This document shows, one piece after another, positions 12,883 to 24,455 of a stretch of 64,000 nt of DNA. The notes under the pieces are model-generated. The model saw only the letters and a program-made list of their open reading frames with translations, ran no database searches and was not told where the DNA came from. This DNA comes from Pavona decussata (Eukaryota). Position numbers and translations under genes: made by a program. Numbering within the stretch: the first letter of the stretch is position 1; the number at the start of each line of letters is the position of its first letter. The stretch covers positions 1,240,001 through 1,304,000 of the forward strand of contig CDRNST010000310.1 of assembly GCA_977016875.1 (NCBI GenBank). The letters run 5' to 3'.

Positions 12883-13189
12883 TATTTAACAATTAGACGG
12901 CGAGCTCGAGGCTTCTATCGGTTGATAGTTGGCGAGGGGCGAAGCCCCGAGCCAACTATCAAAGGCGATAGAAACCGAGAGCGAGCCGTCTAATTGTTTT
13001 AGCATACCTCAGTGATCGATCTATCAAGCAAAAAAATCTTTTTATTTCATTAATTTTGATATATTTTTGCAATGATGCAGGCTAAATCGCGCGCGCTCTG
13101 ACAAACTGCCGTCTATCGATCGATAGACGGCACCTGTGTAGCCAATCAGATTGCGCGTTACGCGATAGTCGGTCACTGAGGTATGCTAA
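12883..13189. mobile_element. ~307 bp internally deleted derivative of the adjacent Crypton-like element
   Basis: Left part matches 13310-13535 and right part matches 14588-14670; the coding region is absent. Confidence 0.82.
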
Positions 13190-13309
13190 AGATGCATTTT
13201 CCTGGCATTGGCTAAACAGCTGTATAAGTTTTGAAGGTAGAATAACAATAAACAACTTTCAAACGATCAGAGGTTTGACAGCACACTCGAACGAAAACAA
13301 TTGACGCGA

Positions 13310-14670
13310 TATTTAACAATTAGACGGCGAGCTCGAGGTTTCTATCGGCTGATAGTTGGCGAGGGGCGAAGTCCCGAGCCAACTATCAAAGGCGATAGAA
13401 ACCGAGAGCGAGCCGTCTAATTGTTTTAGCATACCTCAGTGATTGATCTATCAAGCAAAAAAATATTTTTATTTCATAAATTTTGATACTTTTGTGCAAT
13501 GATGCATGCTAAATCGCGCGCGCTCTGACAAACTGGCACATTTGCAAAGTTCATTCATCAAAGTTCATTCATCAATTAAAACAAAGCTACACAGTGATCT
13601 CGCCATATATTGCGCAGTCTCAGAACCTTGCAAACCGTAGAAGAAGAAATGATGTTCAGCTCAAACTAAGTTTAATTTCAAAGTCCTTGTCATTTTCAAA
13701 TTCTGGAAAAGAGTTGACAAACTTCGTCGTTGTTGTCGCCGCCTTGGTGGCCGGTTTTTTGTCGACAAAACCGCCCCCGGAAAGTCTCTTCGCAGCTCAA
13801 AATATCGTCTACCCTGGGGTGTTTGGCGCAGGATAAACATCTTTTGAGTGAGACTGCGTTGGTTTTCTCTTCCTCTCCTCCCGAAATACAGGTATGTGCA
13901 TGTAAAACCACGCGGTTTGCTGTAATTGTTTAGGATCGTTTGTATCTGCATTCCCTAGTTGACCACTTTCAAAAAGCTTTTGCAATTGGTCGCTTGTGAT
14001 GGGAGTTTTATGAACAACTGGACGAACTTTTCCCTCTTTCATCAGATTTTTACAGACTGCATTTAGCGTATCATTTGCCTTCTTAAATTCATTATCACCG
14101 ACGATAGACCCCGGCTTGTTAATAGGTGCTTGCTTGAAATATCTATATCAATGGCCGCTCGGATGGCTTTAAGTGAAGAAACTTTAAACGGTTCGCCATT
14201 TGTTTGTCTCACTGACACATAAAACCTCTGCAAACACGTGTTTAATTCGACTTTGGTTTGTTATTCAATGGGTGTTGTAATTTCTTTTTGGGTTGAAAAC
14301 CAATTTAAAACAAAACAAGAACCGCAATTGTTACTTTTCTTTGACAACTTTGTTTTGTTTACTTACGAACTTAGGTAAGCTTACGCGCAATTTGTTGTTG
14401 GTTCTATAAAAAGCATTTTATTTCGGAAATTGTTCTGCACTTACCTTTAAAAATCTTTATTCCATACTTGGTAGCTTTCTTTGTTTTTTTTCTGGCATGG
14501 CACTTGGCTTTGCAAAACTTTTTGTACGTCTTCTTCACAAACTTTACGAAAACATGAAGGGGAAGCCATTTTTCAACAGCTCCAGGGGCCGTCTATCGAT
14601 CGATAGACGGCACCTGTGTAGCCAATCAGATTGCGCGTTTAAGTGATAGTAGGTCACTGAGGTATGCTAA
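13310..14670 (-). mobile_element. Degenerate Crypton-type tyrosine-recombinase transposon nested in the Kolobok-like element
   Basis: Contains the recombinase remnant below; both ends are shared with the mini-element at 12883-13189. Confidence 0.8.
13661..14569 (-). pseudogene. Frameshifted, truncated Crypton/DUF3504-like tyrosine recombinase
   Basis: Exon 1 reads MASPSCFRKV...TKKATKYGIKIFK and ends at a GTAAGT donor (~14444). Then ELNTCLQRFYVSVRQTNGEPFKVSSLKAIRAAID, HKTPITSDQLQKL, DPKQLQQTAWFY, LYFGRRGRENQR and TKN/HQGG occur in shifting frames. Confidence 0.8.
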
Positions 14671-15781
14671 TATGGGATAGATAACCCTGTTTAGGTTCCA
14701 GTGCTTCTCCGACCTGTCACGCAAAAACGTGACTTCCGGAAGTTTCTCACGTCTTCGACAACTTCAACTGGATTTTGCGGTTTTAAAAGGTCGGTGACCC
14801 CCAATTTTTTTTAGACGGTTAACCTTCTTTGACTGATATCTGCTTACTGTCATCAAACGAAAGAAAAATCAATGTGGGAAGTTATTTTTTTTTTAAATTT
14901 ATCTACCTCCGCACATTTTGTGCCACTTCTAAGGTGGAAATACAATTATTAAAGATTAGTTGTAGCTTTAGGGATAATAAAAGTGGAATTTATTTGTTAA
15001 ATAGATCCTCTTAAATAAACTTCGGCAATGGAAGTTTGTCTCCAGCGATTCGTTTATAAAAATTTTGCATCAACAACCGGTGAGGTCATATCGAGTGACG
15101 AGGACCGATTTCTCAAAATAAGCGCAAACTTGCAGATGTCATATCTCCGAAACGAAGTCGGTGACCCCCATTTTTTTTTGCATTTCAGATTTAAGCAATT
15201 CATAGACTAACTGCAGCAAAAGTTTGAAAAAAAAATCAATGTTAAAACATTTTCGCGCGAACGTCCTTAAGGTTTCATTAGAGGATGTTTTAATGGTGAA
15301 TTGATTGAAGCAAGACTCTAACAATTGTGTCAAAACGTTCTTGCCATGACATGGGTTTTATCACTGTGATAATGGCTGAAGATGACACAGTGGTGGTATT
15401 AGAGATTAAGGTGATTTTAGCGGTTGTAGTAGTATTTGCTGCTGTTCTGACACTAGTGATTCCAGTACAGTGGTAGAACTAATTGTTATATGTCACTATT
15501 GCTTGTAATGTGATTATGATAAAATATTATTGTACATGTGGCAGTGGTAGTGGTGCATGTTGGTCGTGGTACTAGGCTAGAGGTACTGGCGTTAAGTTTA
15601 ATGTGACAGTAGTCGTAATGATGGTGTTATGATGGGTGCGGTTGTAGCTGTCATAGTAGGTGGTTGTGGTATATGTACTTGCTGTAGCAATTGCGGTGGC
15701 TTTGATGGTGGTAGAAGTTCTGTGTTCCAGACTATTGACCGTTTATCAAGCACGAAATAAGGCCGGCATAGATCATGATAA

Positions 15782-15908
15782 TGGTTCATTTATTTCACAC
15801 TATTTACTCAAACATTAACGTAGAATTGAAAGAAAAGTATTACAACAGATGATTACAAGATAAAAATGAATACAGTACAAATTATAAAATGTGTGTGGTG
15901 GTCATAGG
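15782..15908 (-). mobile_element. ~127 bp insertion unique to the first unit, probably a retroelement 3' tail
   Basis: Flanked by TGATAA duplicates (15776-15781 and 15909-15914); absent in sister units. Confidence 0.5.
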
Positions 15909-16940
15909 TGATAAAACAAGCAATTTCGGTATACTTATTGTATCAGTGGCACTGGATGTAGTAGTGCGTAAAATCAGTTAACATGTGTTGTCGTTACACG
16001 ACCCCACAAGCTATTACATTTACAAGCCAGTGAGTGGAGTTGCATGAGTCACTATAAGACAGGAGTGTTATATACAAAGTTATGTGAAGCTGAAATATCC
16101 AAAGGCGAAGGTAGCACAGTAGAAAATGTCAAGCAGCATTGAATAGCAAATTGCGTCAAGTTAAAATTTAGGTTCAGTGAGCCCTTGTCAGTGCTTGAAG
16201 GTTAGTCTAGTTGACTGACAAGAAGGGAGCTGTTCTATAACTGAAAACAGCGAGTCCATGAAAGAGGTGCTTTTGGGGTATTAGGAGGGAGTCTAGGTTA
16301 CAGAGATACCGGACTTGTGTCAGTTTAGAATAGTCAAAGGATGTGTCAGCCAACCGGCGGAAACCTAATCTTTGTATCGAAAACATTCATGTTTGAGTGT
16401 GGGCCTTGGTGATGTGAGAGTTATCTGTTGAGTGGAGGTCTGCGTGCTGACAATGTTGGAAGGAGTTAACGATATTAATGACTCGGTGAGTTGCTGGAGT
16501 CAGTCGACGGCCGGAGTGCGGAACCTTCGTCAGTGTACGCTTCAACATGGCAACAATAAACGTGAGCCGACTTAACCGATATAAATTAATTCTAAACATT
16601 TTAATAGTTTGTTTTGTTTAGACTACAGATGAAGTGAGTTGTGGTGGTAGATTGAATTGAAGAAAGGTTTCTTGCCTAAAGGAAACCAGCTATTGAGCCA
16701 CCAAATTTCAAACAGTTGGAGCGCTCCCTAGTTGACCACATGCACTTGTCAATTCATAAATTGCAGTTGGACAACTTACAGACAAGCATTTAACTTTATG
16801 TAAATAAAAACAAAAAGAAAAGAGGATGCATGTCGATCACCTTCGAAAACTAAATTGTTTTATTTACTAGTTTTATTACAGAATGAGTTATCGTTTAAAG
16901 TTGATGGTGCATGTTAAGTTTTTCTTAAGAAGACAACTGT

Positions 16941-17531
16941 TCACGGAGCAATTTCAAGGCACTGAACATGATAGTTTCTTCCAAAGTTATTGTCCCAAAA
17001 CTCGTATCCACTGACACGGTAGCGAATTGCAAATTCAATTTGCAGATCAACTTCAAAATCTACCGGAGCTGTAATTCGAAAGCTAAATTGTTCCGTTTTT
17101 CCATCCGGATTTGAGGACAAATAATCCGCCCAAACATCTCGGAAGTTGATCCAGCCGTCAAGTGTGTATCTCAATGTAATCTCTTTAGCATAACCTATGT
17201 TTGTCACTCGTATAACCCCCGTAACAACCATATCGTCGCAAGAGATACTTTCGAGACAAAAGTACTGTTTAGAGACGCGCTCCATGAAAGAATCTGTTTT
17301 ACATAGCTCAGCGAAACTTGGCGACAGGTATTTCATTCTCTGTCGTGAAGTGTGCATGTGTAAGCCGCAGCTGTTGTTGTCCGTGGTTGTATGGCAGACA
17401 GTCACGTCATCTTCTTTGCTGTATGGAGGTATGGTTTTCACGTTCTCAAGGGCGAAACCAAAGCTGTCTGCAAAAGAAACCTTCTTCTTTATAGACCTCG
17501 TTGGAGTAGAGTTTCCGCTTGACCCATTCAT
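16941..17531 (-). CDS. PPP1R3: PPP1R3-family subunit, array copy A1, intact, 196 aa
   Basis: KKKVSFAD, GVIRVTNIGYAKEITLRYTLDGW, IEFAIRY and FWDNN; CRE+TATA upstream; minus-strand AATAAA at ~16859-16877. Confidence 0.92.
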   Translation of the reverse strand: MNGSSGNSTPTRSIKKKVSFADSFGFALENVKTIPPYSKEDDVTVCHTTTDNNSCGLHMHTSRQRMKYLSPSFAELCKTDSFMERVSKQYFCLESISCDDMVVTGVIRVTNIGYAKEITLRYTLDGWINFRDVWADYLSSNPDGKTEQFSFRITAPVDFEVDLQIEFAIRYRVSGYEFWDNNFGRNYHVQCLEIAP

Positions 17532-17624
17532 AAGCTTTCTGACTTGAGGTAATCACTTTAGTCACGAATTCGGGTGGCCGGCCGCAAAGTACAAACCCGA
17601 CATACTGATGAATGTAATTTGCGC

Positions 17625-17659
17625 TTTTATAATTGCCACTTCGGATTCTTGTGACGTCA
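17625..17659 (-). promoter_or_regulatory. CRE (TGACGTCA 17652-17659) plus TATA box (TATAAAA 17625-17631) of A1
   Basis: Perfect CRE palindrome 20 bp upstream of TATAAAA, ~95 bp from the ATG; retained in all six units. Confidence 0.72.
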
Positions 17660-17882
17660 TCTCTTGAAAGTTCGTCTTAAATTAAAGTGCCACAGATCGA
17701 TACAGATGAACCGATTTGAATTTCCGGTAAGGATAACGGAATGAAAGGTAAGGAACCGATTTCAACAAACGTTTAAAAACTCACAACTGATGGAACGGTT
17801 AGTGGTCTTAAAGTTTAGCAATTTTAAATCAGGTAAGCTTGCACATTCCGTGAACGAGGAAGTTGATGGACTTTTTAAGTTA

Positions 17883-17983
17883 TCAGTTGGTAGAGCACTG
17901 CACTGCGTTTGAATCCCGTTCAGGCCTAATTTTTTTTTCAGGCTTTCTTTTCGCAAGTACTTCAGTTGCGTACAGAACTGCGG
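17883..17983 (+). mobile_element. tRNA-derived SINE fragment, unit A1 (internally deleted)
   Basis: agttggtagagcactgcac...gaatcccgttcaggcct. Confidence 0.65.
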
Positions 17984-18544
17984 TAGTCACTATTCACTAT
18001 TCATTTATGTTCAATTTTGTTTAGTAATTCTTGTTTAGAACTCAGAACATTGTACACATTACCCAGATGCCATGGAAAAAGACAAACGATACTTTCATGC
18101 GGGTTGACACGGTTTTCTTTTCCATTGCTTTTATATCATGCAGGATTTCATTCAACTAGTTTTCCTGATTTCCATGTGGCAAAGGTTTAACTCTTTTAAA
18201 AACAGTGTTTTAGTTTAAGACTTTTATTGAACGTTGATGCAGCAGTGTACGTAACTTGTCATGTGATTTCAATTTAAGAAACTTTATAATTGCACTAAAA
18301 GTACCGAGCTCAGTGCAAGATGCAAAAAAATATTTTTGTTCAGTTTCAACCCAGTTCTTAACAATATTCAACCAGTCATTGACCAAAAGCTTAGTCAATA
18401 ATTGAGTGTTCAATGTGATTTCTACTAAGTTGTTCTTCACCCAGCAGGAATTTGTATATCTCTGCATACCGTCTTTATGATCGTGTCTTGCGACGACGAA
18501 ACGGTCAACTGTGCTTCCGGCTCAGAAAACATGCCTTACTGATA

Positions 18545-18563
18545 CACGTGCGGGCATACACGA
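18545..18563. promoter_or_regulatory. Candidate distal bipartite HRE (CACGTG-cgggcata-CACGA) ~1 kb upstream of A1
   Basis: Same motif at 25526-25544, 46603-46621 and 56215-56233, with a variant at 39365-39383. Confidence 0.5.
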
Positions 18564-21279
18564 CTCAATACTGAGTTTGCTGCCAACCGTCTCTAAGCCC
18601 ATTTATTATTTTGCTGATAATTATTATAATTTTTTTGCTACTGTAAACGTCGTCCTTGCTCTTAGCATCTTAGGTTAGTTTTCACATTGTATCAGTAGTT
18701 TTAAGCATAGCCTCGAGGTATAACTAAAGCAAGATGCAGTGCCTTTTCTTTAGGAAACTGGTGAGGTAAACGATTGGGAAGATTAACATCTGGGGTTCTT
18801 GATTTGTGTTGCTACAAAACAACAAATCTATATAAAAAAAATATGCTCCAAGAACATTACTGTGTGGCATTGTCATGTTGTAAGGCGAAGAGATTCAGTA
18901 AATTTTTGTGACATTGTTTTAGAGAGCAGCACTGAAACATTAAACTACTATTGTTTTGGTCAATGTTTTTACTAAAACTATAATTCAAGATGATGTTGCT
19001 TTCCCTACAGTAGTGGCTTGTGCTTGTCCACTTTGGGCGAGTTGAAGAACAATTAGTTCCAAACAGCCTTCAACAACCGTGTTAGTCAGCAGTCATTTAC
19101 CAGGATTGCTGCAATGTTTGATACTTGAATTTGTCCAAGATTTGTTAGAGGTATCAATTGTTCAATGGCTGTAGTTAAAACACTGATAAATGGCTAAGGT
19201 AGTTGCAGTAGTAAGACAGTAATATTGGATAAATGCTGAAGGTCTTTAGTTGTCTGTGGTGGTTATGGTGGTGGAGGGTCTGGTAGATACGCCTGCAATT
19301 ACAAGTCAACTAACTACAAAGATCCACCAGCACTGATCTCCATGATTTGATTAACATGAATCTAGAGTTTTCCTGAACATTTGCCAATACTTAGATTTAC
19401 AATTAGTTGAAAACCACATGCATCCCCATCATGCGAAGGTAACGGTCTAAGAAGATGTACAGGCACTTTTTGTTAGAGTGGCTGTGGTTCGTGTTCTTTA
19501 GGTAGTGCTCAGGGGCTGAAAGTTCAGTGCTGTCATGGCAGCAGTGGTTAAAAAACTTGGAGTGTAGGTGGACCAGCGTTGTTGCTTGTTTGGAATAATG
19601 TCTCTTGAGCCAGTTCATCCAACACACATTTCGTTTGGTTTGTTTTGACAAGAAGTCAAAACTTCAACGCTGAATAGAAATTCGTTTTTGTTTTTCGTTT
19701 TTTCATTCAGTGCATGGTAGTCTTGGTGACTTTTTAGTTCACACAAGAGATTTTTTTATTGAATTGCCATTTAAGTTAATAAAATATGCGGGATAAAACA
19801 AACAACATCAACAGATTAAAAACAAGAACAAATTAAAGAAGATGGAGGGTGTGGCAGGGAGTAGTACTGTAGGACGGATTCCAAGATGACAACTTCTCCC
19901 TTTAACTAATTATAAGAAAGAAAAGAAAAAGAACTTTAGTCTAAAAGGAATAAGTTAATGAGATACAAAAAAGTGTAATAATAAAAAAATTAGTGGATAA
20001 AGAAGTTATTCAGGTCTGTATCTAAGAAGCGAGTTTACTAATGTAAAAACTGATGAGCTTGGATTTCAAAGAATCCTCAGTCGAATTACAGCGTTTACAG
20101 TCCTGGGGCAGATCGTTCCAAAGCTAGGCTTAAAAGCTCTCAAAAGTAGTTTTGCTGGTGCGTGAAAGATGAGAGGAGATTCGTATGAGTAATGCAAACA
20201 ATGCAATCCCCTAATGTTTTGGTTTTTTTACAGGAATATATTTCTTCAGTTGTATCCTCCCATTGAATCTCCACGAAATGATTTCTTGTAAGCCAACCTT
20301 TACCTTGAGTTAATTGGTTTATGTCTGTTTACAAATTACTCGTCTTGGTGATTGATAGCTTCCAATAAGCCGTCAACAACTATGTTAGTCAGTGGTCATC
20401 TACCGGGATTGCTGCAATGTTTGATACTTTAATTTGTCCAAGGTTTGTCCAATTGTTCAATGGCTGTAGTTGAAACACTGATAAATAGCTAATGCAGTTG
20501 CAGTAGTAAGACAGTGATATTGGATGAATGCAGAGGGTCTATACTAGTTATTTGTGGTGGTTGTGGTGGTAAAGGTTCTGGTACATACACCTGCAATTAC
20601 AAGTCAACTAACTACAAAGATCCACAAGCACTGATCTCCATGATTTGGTTAACATGAATCTAGAGGTTTCCTGAACATTTGCCAATACTTAAAGATACAA
20701 TTAGTTGAAACCACTTGCATCCACATCATGCGAAGGGAACGGACTAAGAAGATGTACAGGCACTTTTTGTTAGAGTGGCTGTGGTTTGTGTTCTCTCGGT
20801 AGTGCTCAGGTGCTGAAAGTTCAGTGTTGTCATGGTAGCAGAGGTAAGAAAACACTTGGGGTGTAGGTGGACCAGCGTTGTTGTTTGTTTGGAATAATGA
20901 CTGTCTCTTGAGACAGTTCATCCAACACATTGTTAGCTAAAAATTGTTTAAGTTTTTACCAGCCAGATTAATCTTTCAATCTTTCAGTTGGCAATATATA
21001 CACGAATAATTCTCCACCTCATTTTCAGTCTCAATGTGTTACTGTCACCATGGCTGTGATTAAGGTACTTCTGTTAAATCTGAGCTACCAGTGAACCTCG
21101 GGGTAAGGTAAGGGTAGAAAAAAAGAAAAAAGAAAAAAATGTTTCAAACATTTCTTGGAAATGAGTTTCAACCTTCCATGCATTGCAAGATAAACGTAAT
21201 GGTGTACAGAAATTAATTGTGTATAAAGTTCTATGCAATAACGAGACACATTTTCATTGCTTTTCTATTTTAAAGGTGA

Positions 21280-23030
21280 TATTTGGACCCCTCCAATCAA
21301 GACTCGGTGGATCCTACCCTGATCTCAGGTGTGTTTGTTATTTTTGTTGTGATTGTCACTAGTGGTGGACTGGTGGTGATAACTGGGGATTTGGTGGTAT
21401 CGGTGGCATTCAGTACTAAACCTGGTCCTGCTTGTGTCAGTGGTGGTAGTGCATTGTCAGTATGAAAGTGGATTTCATTGATGTGTTTGCACCGAAATTG
21501 CATGTGCTATAACGGTTGTGTTTGTATTGTACTTTACACATTTCACAGCATTCAAGCTCCTGTCCTGGCTATGGCAGCACTGATTGAAGTCCCAGTTAGA
21601 TGCTTTTATAGTGTTAGATATGATTTGCTTTGTAAAAATCGTACCTAGTAATAGTTGAACGGTGCTTATTATTTTCCCTGTTCATTGTTTATTCGTTAAA
21701 TAAAAGTTGTCTAAGTTGAATATGGTCATTGTAATTGTCTGAGTAGTAGAGGTATTTGTTTAAGGTTCGCTGTTTGTGGTGTTTTTTGTAGGTAATTATC
21801 AGTACTCAGTAGTGGTCGGGAGCTGTTGATGTGTTTATGATGGTTGTTCTGCTTTTTGCTTGTAGTGGAAAAATGTGTAGTCATACTTGTGATGGTAGTT
21901 CACCATTACATAGAGTGCCAATCATAAGATGCCAGTAGTCATGATCATGATTGTGTTGAGCATATTTTTTCCAGTGGCAGTGATTGAAGTTTTATTAAAG
22001 GATGTGTTAATGGTAAATTGATTGAAGCAAGATTCTAACAATTGTGTCAAAAAGGTCTTGCCATGACATGGGTTTTATCATTGCCATAATGGCTGAAGAT
22101 GACACAGTGGTGGTATTGGAGATTAAGGTGATTTTAGCGGTTGTAGTAGTGTTTGCTGCTGTTCTGACACTAGTGATTCCAGTACAGTGGTAGAACTAAT
22201 TGTTATATGTAACTAATGCTTGTAATGTGATTATGATAGATTATGTGAGAGTGGTAGTAGTGCATGCTGGACATGGCACTGGGCTAGAGTTACCGGTGTC
22301 AAGATTGAGTAGTCGCAGTTGTATTAAGTCGGTAATGATGGTGTTATGATGGGTGCGGTTGTAGCTGTCATAGTAGGTGGTTGTGGTATGTGTACTTGCT
22401 GTAGCAATTGCGGTGGCTTTGATGGTGGTAGAAGTTCTGTGTTCCAGACTATCGACCGTTTATCAAGCACGAAATAAGGCCGGTACAGATCATGATAAAA
22501 CAAACAATTTCTGTATACTTACTGCATCAGTGGCACTGGATGTAATTGTGCGTGAAATAAGAAAACATGTGTTGTCGTAACACGACCCCACAAGCAATTG
22601 TTTTAAAACCCATCGTGTAACTTACAAGCCAGTGAGTGGAGTTTCATGAGTCGCTATAAGACAGGAGTATTACACTAAGTTATGCGAAGCTGAAATATAC
22701 AAGGACAAAGGGCATTTAATACCAAATTGCATGAAGTTAAAATTTTGGTTCAGTGAGCCCTTGTATTGCTTGAAAGTTAGTTTAGTTGACTGATGAGCTG
22801 TTCTATAATTGAAAACAGCGAGTGCATGTTACGTGAGAGATGCTTTTTAGGTTATTAGGAGTTGATGTGTCAGCCAACCGGCGAAAACCTGATCTTTGTA
22901 TCAAAAGCATTTATGTTTGAGTGTGGGCCTTGGTGATGTGAGAGTTATCTGTTGAGTGGAGGTCTGTTTGCTGACCAGGTTGGAAGGAGTTAACGATATT
23001 AATGACCCGGCGAGTTGCTGGAGTCAGTCG
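21280..23030 (-). pseudogene. Decayed Ser/Thr/Pro-rich (mucin-like) coding relic; copies at 11330-16510 (TE-split), 27960-30110, 35530-37340, 42760-44590 and 52280-54150
   Basis: Strong ACN/TCN codon pattern on the minus strand, e.g. RTSTTIKATAIATASTHTTTT, TGITSVRTAANTTTTAKITLISNTTTVSSS and NATDTTKSPVITTSPPLVTITTKITNTPEI, with many stops and frameshifts. Confidence 0.55.
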
Positions 23031-23405
23031 AGTGCCGGAGTGCGGAAAGGTATAAATTAAGTCTAAACATTTTAATAGTTTGTTTTGTTTAGACTACAGA
23101 TATAGCGAGTTATGAATTGAGGAAAGCTTTCTTGCCTAAAGGAAGCCAGCTATTGAGCTACCAAATTTTAAACAGTTTAGGCGCTCGGTAGTCGACCAAT
23201 GCAACTGCACTTGACAATTCATAAATTGCAGTTAGACAACTTACAGACAAGCATTTAACTTTATGTAAATAAAAACAAAACGAAAAAAGGATATATGTCG
23301 CTCACCTTCGAAAACTAAATTGTTTTATTTACTAGTTTTGTTACAGGATGAGCTATCGTTTAAAGTTGATGGTGCATGTTAAGTTTTTCTTTAGAAGACA
23401 ACTGT

Positions 23406-23999
23406 TCACTGAGAAATTTCAAGGCACTGAACATGATAGTTTCTTTCAAAGTTATTGTCCCAAAACTCGTATCCAGCGACACGATAGCGAATTGCAAATT
23501 CAATTTGCAGATCAACTTCAAAATCCACTGGAACTGTAATTCGAAAGCTAAATTGCTCCGTTTTTCCATCCAGATTTGAGGACAAATAATCCGCCCAAAC
23601 ATCTCGGAAGTTGATCCAGCCGTCAAGCGTATATCTCACTGTCACCTCTTTAGCATAACCGATGTTTGTCACTCGTATAACCCCCGTAACAACCATATCG
23701 TCGCAAGAGATACTTTCGAGACAAACGTACTGTTTAGAGACGCGCTCCATGAAAGAATCTGTTTTACATGGCTCAGCGAAACTTGGCGACAGGTATTTCA
23801 TTCTCGGTCGTGAAGCATGCATGTGTAAGCCGCAGCTGTTGTTGTCCGTGGTTGTATCACAGACAGTCACGTCATCTTCTTTGCTGTATGGAGGTATGGT
23901 TTTCACGTTCTCAAGGGCGAAACCAAAGCTGTCTGCAAAAGTCTAAACCTTCTTCTTTATCGACCTCGTTGGAGTAGAGTTTCCGCTTGACCCATTCAT
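23406..23999 (-). pseudogene. PPP1R3: PPP1R3 array copy A2 with a premature stop inside the RVxF motif
   Basis: ATG at 23999. A 3-nt insertion converts GTT TCT TTT (VSF) to GTT TAG ACT TTT (V*TF), with the stop at 23943-23945. The rest of the frame, including CBM21, is open. Confidence 0.88.
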
Positions 24000-24092
24000 A
24001 AGCTTTCTGACTTGAGGTAATCACTTTAGTCACGAATTCGGGTGGCCGGCCGTAAAGTACAAACCCGACATACTGATGAATGTAATTTGCGC

Positions 24093-24127
24093 TTTTATAA
24101 TTGCCACTTCTGAATCTTGTGACGTCA
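24093..24127 (-). promoter_or_regulatory. CRE+TATA of A2
   Basis: TGACGTCA 24120-24127; TATAAAA 24093-24099. Confidence 0.68.
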
Positions 24128-24338
24128 TATCTTGAAAGTTCGTCTTAAATTAAAGTGCTACAGATCGATACAGATGAACCGATTTGAATTTCCGGTAAGG
24201 ATAACGGAATGAAAGGTAAGGAACCGATTTCAACAAACGTTTAAAAACTCACAACTGATGGAACGGCTGGTAGTCTTAAAGTTTAGCAATTTTAAATCAG
24301 GTAAGTTTGCCCATGAAGTTGATGGACTTTTTAAGTTA

Positions 24339-24455
24339 TCAGTTGGTAGAGCACTGCACCGGTATTGCAGAGGTTATGGGTTCGAATCCCGTTCAGGCCT
24401 AATTTTTTTTTCAGGCTTTCTTTTCGCAAGTACTTAAGTTGCGTACAGAACTGCG
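24339..24455 (+). mobile_element. tRNA-derived SINE fragment, unit A2
   Basis: A box agttggtagagc, B box ggttcgaatccc, then a T-rich body. Confidence 0.75.

Larger units (their letters stand above)
12354..15266. mobile_element. Non-autonomous DNA transposon, Kolobok-like (TTAA target duplication, GG...CC ends)
   Basis: TTAA at 12350-12353 and 15267-15270; perfect 12-bp TIR GGACGTTCGCGC. The empty site (gtgattgaggtttc) is seen in sister units at ~29050, ~36200, ~43460 and ~53010. Confidence 0.85.

Noticed and set aside
16387-16599. 70-aa ORF MFRINLYRLS... repeated at 37219, 44271 and 54030
   Set aside because: Conservation is explained by recent duplication. It is disrupted in two units, has no recognisable domain and overlaps the S/T-rich relic in another frame.
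17197-17547. Plus-strand ORFs overlapping PPP1R3 genes (also 7485, 23662, 30751, 38030, 60304)
   Set aside because: Antisense shadows of the real coding sequences.
18210-18467. 85-aa ORF MQRYTNSCW... (also 24683, 31870) and MYAGMCAG... ORFs (40136, 47378, 56989)
   Set aside because: Frameshifted in other units, no domain, and located in the duplicated upstream non-coding region.
22377-22580. Hydrophobic Val-rich plus-strand ORFs resembling membrane peptides (also 11291, 29449, 36621, 43843, 50052, 53436)
   Set aside because: These are antisense shadows of Thr-rich codons, mostly with GTG/TTG starts.
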